Virus record (IMG/VR): IMGVR_UViG_3300028607_000568
Coordinates: 1-6,036 of that record
Direction: 5' to 3' (one strand)
DNA length: 6,036 nucleotides
The notes under the pieces are model-generated. The model was not told where the DNA came from and ran no database searches. It saw only the letters and a program-made list of their open reading frames with translations. Within the stretch, counting starts at the first letter, position 1, and the number at the start of each line of letters is the position of its first letter. Below are positions 1-4,391 of the stretch, piece by piece. The position numbers and the translations under genes were made by a program.

Positions 1-459
1 GAAATTGGACATTTAATATTTGAAAATTCTCGTTGTAAGAAGTTAACGCTTACAGATATACAAGCGCATACAATTTTAGTGCGTGGAAATGCCAGCGATG
101 GTCAAAGTCTGGCCCCTTCACCGGGAACTGCGAGAATGAGGGCCATAGGTGGGGGTCACCAACAGGCTGACGCAATGGTCACATCGGGAGGTACATATGA
201 CCGTATTTGGATACAGGCTCCGACGAGTGGGGTTAACGGAAAAATAGGCACTTTAAGATTATCTAACTTATATACTAAAGGTGGTGACTGTGTGCTGTCA
301 AAAATAAATGTAGGAACTATGGAAATTCTTTTAAATGAAGTTGGAATGGGAAATGGGTTCTCCACTAAAGAATTTACAATCAGTACTACTGTTACGGGGG
401 CTAACATAACTGTCGAAGATAACGTGGAAGTAACGATAGCAGAACCAACAACTAGTTAG
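1..459 (+). CDS. C-terminal part of a beta-strand-rich hypothetical protein (possible beta-helix; possibly virion or surface protein); 5' truncated by the window
   Basis: Frame 1 is open from base 1 (EIGHLIFENSRCKKLTLTDIQAHTILVRGN...), so GTG79 is probably not the start. Ends with tandem stops TAG TAA (457-462). Repeated alternating-hydrophobic units: IGHLIFEN, IGTLRLSNL, VGTMEILLN. Confidence 0.75.
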   Translation, partial: EIGHLIFENSRCKKLTLTDIQAHTILVRGNASDGQSLAPSPGTARMRAIGGGHQQADAMVTSGGTYDRIWIQAPTSGVNGKIGTLRLSNLYTKGGDCVLSKINVGTMEILLNEVGMGNGFSTKEFTISTTVTGANITVEDNVEVTIAEPTTS

Positions 460-472
460 TAAAGGGGAGAGT

Positions 473-1048
473 ATGTTACGAGAGAAATTACCATGGTTTA
501 TTTTAGGTTTTCTTATAGCTTGTCTTATGGTTATTCCATACCATGTAAAAGTAATGGATGACTTTAATAATAAGTATAAAGAACAGTGTCTGATAGTAGA
601 TGTTGTAATATCTGATTCACGCGCAGGGTTACCCATATCTATGTCTGGTGAACAAATGATGTGTGGTTCTAATTGGACGAACTCATTCATATATTTCCCC
701 GGTTTTGACGAGCTAGAAAACCAAGCGTTTGGTTTAATAAGGAGGAGTAGAATGACCTATATAGTTACGTCTACTTGTGTAGATGTATTAGATACAGCGT
801 GTTTAGATGTTTGTCCAGTGGACTGCATTTACTTTGAGGAAGGTGTAGATCGAATGGTGTACATTGCTCCTGATGAATGTATCGACTGTGCGGCCTGTGA
901 ACCAGTTTGTCCAGTTAATTCAATCTTTGATGAAAGGGATGTCCCTAAAGCTGAAGAGGCATATATCCCTCTTAATTATGATTATTTTGAAAAGGATATA
1001 GATGAAGTACGAGCCAGACTAAATGAAATGGTTCCGATAGAAGAATGA
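473..1048 (+). CDS. N-terminally membrane-anchored 93-aa region fused in frame to a ferredoxin (long 191-aa form)
   Basis: SD-like AAGGGGAG at 462-469 precedes ATG473. Basic N-terminus MLREK is followed by hydrophobic LPWFILGFLIACLMVIPY. There is no stop before the ferredoxin Met at 752. Confidence 0.6.
   Translation: MLREKLPWFILGFLIACLMVIPYHVKVMDDFNNKYKEQCLIVDVVISDSRAGLPISMSGEQMMCGSNWTNSFIYFPGFDELENQAFGLIRRSRMTYIVTSTCVDVLDTACLDVCPVDCIYFEEGVDRMVYIAPDECIDCAACEPVCPVNSIFDERDVPKAEEAYIPLNYDYFEKDIDEVRARLNEMVPIEE
739..745 (+). promoter_or_regulatory. Strong Shine-Dalgarno site (AAGGAGG) inside ORF 473-1048, serving the ferredoxin start
   Basis: TAAGGAGGAGTAGAATG: consensus SD at normal spacing from ATG752. 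Confidence 0.85.
752..1048 (+). CDS. fdxA: 7Fe ([3Fe-4S][4Fe-4S]) dicluster ferredoxin, FdxA/Azotobacter FdI type, 98 aa
   Basis: MTYIVTSTC-x7-C-x3-CPVDCI ... PDECIDCAACEPVCP has the C9/C17/C21 and C43xxC46xxC49xxxC53P spacing of 7Fe ferredoxins. The family-typical MTY(V/I) N-terminus begins exactly at ATG752, 6 nt after AAGGAGG. Confidence 0.93.
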   Translation: MTYIVTSTCVDVLDTACLDVCPVDCIYFEEGVDRMVYIAPDECIDCAACEPVCPVNSIFDERDVPKAEEAYIPLNYDYFEKDIDEVRARLNEMVPIEE

Positions 1049-1131
1049 TACTTATAGCTATTATTGCGTTTATGATCTTATTTAGTTTATGGGTAGTTGT
1101 ACCAACATATTTACGAAGGGGGGATAAATGA
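1045..1131 (+). CDS. 28-aa single-pass membrane peptide (MILIAIIAFMILFSLWVVVPTYLRRGDK)
   Basis: Missing from the ORF track. It fills the gap exactly, with ATGA start/stop overlaps at both ends (1045-1048 and 1128-1131). About 19 hydrophobic residues are followed by a basic tail. Confidence 0.7.
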   Translation: MILIAIIAFMILFSLWVVVPTYLRRGDK

Positions 1132-1586
1132 AAAAAATACCGACATGGATTACAGCTATAGGTCATTGGTTTTTGCTTTTTGTTCAATTAAGATTTTTCC
1201 ATAATGATATTGTTGATAATACATTTATTAATGAGTCATTAGTTTTACCCAAAGGAATGAAAAGAATGACCTTAGATAATAAATATTGGGTATGTTCTAA
1301 AGAAACTTTTATGAAGTTAGTTAAATGGGTATGGGTAAGTAAAATGAAGTATGTTGGTGATCGTTATGATTGCGATAATTTTGCCTTTACGTTTAAAGCT
1401 TTGGTAGGATTAATATGGGGTTTGAATAATGTGGGGGTGGTTATTGACACTACCGGAGGTCATGCCTATAATATTATTATCTTTGATGATGGTTCATGGG
1501 AACTTTTTGAGCCACAATCAGGGCGTTTTGTTAAGCCGGGAGAACATAAAATGTATACATTTAAGAGAGGACAGGTGATTTTATAA
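1128..1586 (+). CDS. Putative papain/transglutaminase-like cysteine protease (resembles the Marasmius oreades agglutinin C-terminal domain)
   Basis: Motifs YDCDNFA (C82), GHAYN (H112) and FEPQ (E128) occur in the order of a Cys-His-Glu triad. G-rich SD at 1116-1124. Hydrophobic N-terminal stretch. Confidence 0.7.
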   Translation: MKKIPTWITAIGHWFLLFVQLRFFHNDIVDNTFINESLVLPKGMKRMTLDNKYWVCSKETFMKLVKWVWVSKMKYVGDRYDCDNFAFTFKALVGLIWGLNNVGVVIDTTGGHAYNIIIFDDGSWELFEPQSGRFVKPGEHKMYTFKRGQVIL

Positions 1587-1741
1587 TGTATGGAAGTGAT
1601 GAATGCGATTGTAGTGAACCAGCCAAGGGTTCAGAGGAAGAAGAATGTGTTTGTCTCGATTCAGGAATGTGTGAATGCACTGAGGAATTTTGTGAATGTA
1701 CTTTATGCGAGGGGGTAACAGATGACTACAACTACTCATAA
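1586..1741 (+). CDS. 51-aa acidic Cys-rich, metallothionein-like peptide
   Basis: Missing from the ORF track. MYGSDECDCSEPAKGSEEEECVCLDSGMCECTEEFCECTLCEGVTDDYNYS has 9 Cys (four CxC plus one), 16 D/E and 1 K. TAATG overlap with the upstream stop; SD AGGTGA at 1573-1578. Confidence 0.78.
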   Translation: MYGSDECDCSEPAKGSEEEECVCLDSGMCECTEEFCECTLCEGVTDDYNYS

Positions 1742-1961
1742 AATAATAGTTTATACTTCTATTGGTTGAGGCCCATGCATGGCAACCAAGTCTTGGTTGC
1801 GTAAGAGAGGTTATGAGTTTACTGAGTATAATATATCAGAGAATCAAGAATATGCAGATGAGTTACTTAAAAAGGGTTTTAGAGTAACTCCAGTAGTTAT
1901 GATAGGAGATACACCGATTGTTGGATATAGTCCAACGATGTTAGAAAAAGCATTGGCATAG
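1722..1961 (+). CDS. Glutaredoxin/NrdH-redoxin-like selenoprotein, 79 aa, UGPC active site (TGA 1767-1769 read as Sec)
   Basis: Reads MTTTTHKIIVYTSIG-(TGA)-GPCMATKSWLRKRGYEFTEYNISEN...GFRVTPVVMIGDTPIVGYSPTMLEKALA. The first beta strand (IIVYT), CxxC position, cis-Pro motif (TP) and IVG(Y/F) of the Grx fold are all present. SD GAGGGGGT at 1709-1716 precedes ATG1722. The ORF-track start at 1779 lacks the active site and has no convincing SD. Confidence 0.88.
1779..1802 (+). promoter_or_regulatory. Candidate bacterial-type SECIS hairpin
   Basis: GCAACCAA (1782-1789) pairs perfectly with TTGGTTGC (1793-1800) around the loop GTC, which starts with G and has 20 nt between it and the UGA. The stem can extend via U1780-G1801 and A1779-U1802 with G1781 bulged. 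Confidence 0.72.
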
Positions 1962-1970
1962 GAGAAGTGA

Positions 1971-2414
1971 ATGGTTATTGGAAATATGTTGAGAGACAGG
2001 GAAGTTCAGTATACAGCGGTACGAGATGAGACAACAAATACGTGGAGAATATTAGATACGTGGCATGATGCATTACGAAAATTAGACCCAGACGATGATA
2101 TACCTGATGATAATGAAGCGGTAAAAATTTTAACTGAGGGTGAATTTATTTCTTTGATGAAAGAAGCTGCACGGTTAGGAGTCTTGGCTAATGCAACATT
2201 CGGAACAGGAGAAGCGGAGCATGAAGCAACAATCTTAACTAAGGATCAAGAGATTCAACAGCTACATGAACAAATTTTAATGTTACAAGAAGAAAAATCA
2301 CAAGTGATTCAAGATGTATCACATTCCGAAGAATATGAATTGAAGGAAAGAGCGATGGATTCAATTCTAAAATTAGTATCCATGCAAGACATGACTAATT
2401 TAGGTAGGGATTAA
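1971..2414 (+). CDS. Hypothetical acidic protein with a C-terminal coiled coil, immediately upstream of the portal
   Basis: 147-aa ORF with SD AGGAG at 1960-1964. Heptad-like segment KDQEIQQLHEQILMLQEEKSQV. No family recognised. Confidence 0.8.
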   Translation: MVIGNMLRDREVQYTAVRDETTNTWRILDTWHDALRKLDPDDDIPDDNEAVKILTEGEFISLMKEAARLGVLANATFGTGEAEHEATILTKDQEIQQLHEQILMLQEEKSQVIQDVSHSEEYELKERAMDSILKLVSMQDMTNLGRD

Positions 2415-2417
2415 TAT

Positions 2418-4391
2418 ATGAAACTATCAGAATATTTACCAGATGTGCCAGTATTAGCACAACAAATGACTAGTTTGAATAATCAGATTGATCTGATGCA
2501 GTTGATGAAAGCAAGTGGGGGGGCAGAGACAGCTTCTGCGCCTATGATTGGATTAGATCATGTAGTTAATACATGGGTTCGCCATCAAATGGCATATAGG
2601 CAACAACTAGTACAAGATTTACAAACAATCTGTATGTCAGTACAGGAAATACGTTCCCCATTAAATCACATTACGTCGGAAGTATTTCGGAGAGGCTTGG
2701 TATGGGAAGCTAAGACTGATGATCCAGATACCGAAACAAAAGAAACGTTAGAAAAGTTCATGAAAAATTGTAATTCTTTCTCCCAAAGTTTGGAAGAAGT
2801 ACTAAGACAATTCCATTTTGATTTAAATTCAATTGATGATGCGTTCTTATATTTGGCTAAGGAGTATTATAGTGATGGTGAAACATTGCGCTCTAAAGTT
2901 AAAGAAATCAGACGGCTTAATCCAGCCTTGGTCGAGTTCGATCTTGATCAGGCTGGCTTACCTAAGAACTCGCATTTTATATGCCCACTCCATAGAGAAG
3001 AAGTCAATGAAGCACCGGGAGGTTGCCAAGACCCCGATTGCAAACGGGAATTGCAACCCGTTATGTACAAATACTACCATAGGAACCAGCATGTCTACTT
3101 GTTGGAACATGAAGTTATCCACGTTTCTAAGTTTTCCCCTTCGGAAACTTATGGTTGGAGTCCAATACTTACGGTTTTTGAAAAAGGATTAACGCTTATA
3201 GGAATGGATAAAAATCTTTATAGGTATTTCTTTGAACGAAAAATGCCTGCATCAATGATTATGGTCACTACAGATGATCCAGAAAGTCTTAGACGTGAAC
3301 GTGAACATATTGCTGCACAGACTAAGATTGATCCCAATTTTATTCCTATGGTTGCTGTATCAGCCCGTAGTCAACGAGGTCGCGTAGACCTTGTGCGTCT
3401 TTTTCATACATTACAAGAGATGGATTATCTTCCAGTTAGGGAAGAGATACGTGAACGAATTGCAGCTATGTGGGGAGTTACTCCCGCATGGCAAGGCGCA
3501 CCAGAAGCATTTGGGGGGCTTTCTACACAAACACAGCAATTAGTTGTAATGAGTCGAGTAGTCGAGTCTGATCAACGCCTTATACAACAGAAAATTATTC
3601 CTGCTATTTTAGAAGCTTTTGGTGTTGATGATTGGGACTTGAAGTTGCCAAATCCAGAGGAGAAGGCAGAGGCCACTAAGGTTAGTTTCTTACAGCAACG
3701 AGCGCAGATAATGCAAACGATGGCACAACTTGGTTTTATGTTTACATTAAAAGAAGAAGGGGTTGCTATGCAAGACGCTGAATTCGTTATTTCTGGTGAA
3801 ATGGTTCCGAATGCTCAAATGCAAGCGGAACAACAAGCTATGCAATTAGCCCAACAAGAACAGCAATTCAAGATGCAAGAACAACAACAGCAGATGCAAG
3901 AACAACAAATGGGAGCCGCTACTGGTGGTGGTGAAGAACTACCCGCTGGCCCTGAAGGTGGGGCCATCCAAGCAATGCTTAAAGCTGAAGGGAAATTTAA
4001 TGGGCGCACTGGTGGAAGAACTCCTGATTGGCAGGACAAAGCCCCGAACGAAGAACGGGACATTGATGAATATGCAGAAGCACGAGCGCATAAAGCAGAG
4101 AATAGAAATTGGGGTATTAAAGATATTGGAGGAGGTCATCCCATCAATAAGACATGGATGGGAGATTTAATGCAGAAAGGTTTTACGAGTCCTGTAATTA
4201 AAGAAGTAAATTCAGATGGGTCTAAACTTTGGTTTTTACAGAATGGCATAGACTTTGTTGCTGATTTAGGGCCAGCCGGTGTTTTAAGTATTGAGAAAGC
4301 AACCTTTTCAAATGCTATTCCGCAACATTCTAAGACTCCTATGGACACTACACCCTCTACAATAGATATAACTGATGAGGATGATAGTTAA
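2418..4391 (+). CDS. Phage portal protein, HK97-family-like, with a putative Zn-binding insertion and a long Q-rich C-terminal extension
   Basis: Portal-like motifs appear in the expected order: DLNSIDDAFLY; KEIRRLNPALV; EVIHVSKFSPSETYGWSPI; YFFERKMPASMI; EMDYLPVREEIRERIAAMWGVTP (compare D/E-M-x-F...IARAFGVPP); QQKIIPAIL. Confidence 0.85.
   Translation: MKLSEYLPDVPVLAQQMTSLNNQIDLMQLMKASGGAETASAPMIGLDHVVNTWVRHQMAYRQQLVQDLQTICMSVQEIRSPLNHITSEVFRRGLVWEAKTDDPDTETKETLEKFMKNCNSFSQSLEEVLRQFHFDLNSIDDAFLYLAKEYYSDGETLRSKVKEIRRLNPALVEFDLDQAGLPKNSHFICPLHREEVNEAPGGCQDPDCKRELQPVMYKYYHRNQHVYLLEHEVIHVSKFSPSETYGWSPILTVFEKGLTLIGMDKNLYRYFFERKMPASMIMVTTDDPESLRREREHIAAQTKIDPNFIPMVAVSARSQRGRVDLVRLFHTLQEMDYLPVREEIRERIAAMWGVTPAWQGAPEAFGGLSTQTQQLVVMSRVVESDQRLIQQKIIPAILEAFGVDDWDLKLPNPEEKAEATKVSFLQQRAQIMQTMAQLGFMFTLKEEGVAMQDAEFVISGEMVPNAQMQAEQQAMQLAQQEQQFKMQEQQQQMQEQQMGAATGGGEELPAGPEGGAIQAMLKAEGKFNGRTGGRTPDWQDKAPNEERDIDEYAEARAHKAENRNWGIKDIGGGHPINKTWMGDLMQKGFTSPVIKEVNSDGSKLWFLQNGIDFVADLGPAGVLSIEKATFSNAIPQHSKTPMDTTPSTIDITDEDDS
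3816..3911 (+). repeat. Gln-rich low-complexity coding tract with a 17-nt direct repeat at 21-nt period
   Basis: Encodes QMQAEQQAMQLAQQEQQFKMQEQQQQMQEQQM. AGATGCAAGAACAACAA occurs at 3871-3887 and 3892-3908. Confidence 0.85.

Noticed and set aside
1046-1057. Sec read-through of the ferredoxin TGA
   Set aside because: Read-through adds only YL before TAG, the ferredoxin is already complete, and the TGA is part of an ATGA coupling.
156-1187. Minus-strand ORFs 156-407, 331-690 and 972-1187
   Set aside because: They lie antisense to well-supported, coupled plus-strand genes and show no motifs.
1767-1769. TGA as genome-wide recoding (Trp or Gly) or as a pseudogene-causing nonsense mutation
   Set aside because: TGA ends genes at 1048 and 1131 with ATGA coupling, Trp uses TGG, and the long ORFs need no TGA read-through. 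Its position at the catalytic Cys, the hairpin and the otherwise intact gene favour Sec. A nonsense allele cannot be fully excluded without homologs.
1782-1800. Hairpin as an intrinsic terminator
   Set aside because: There is no U-tract on either side and it lies inside a coding region. Its position fits a SECIS better.
1779-1961. 60-aa ORF as given in the track
   Set aside because: It lacks the first strand and active site of the Grx fold and has no convincing SD. It is the 3' part of 1722-1961.
2833-3192. 119-aa +1-frame ORF inside the portal
   Set aside because: No SD and no recognisable protein features. It is plausibly a by-product of the local codon bias.
3815-4063. Minus-strand Cys-rich ORF (ICCSCICCCCSC...)
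   Set aside because: It is the antisense shadow of the CAA/CAG Gln tract and not a metallothionein.
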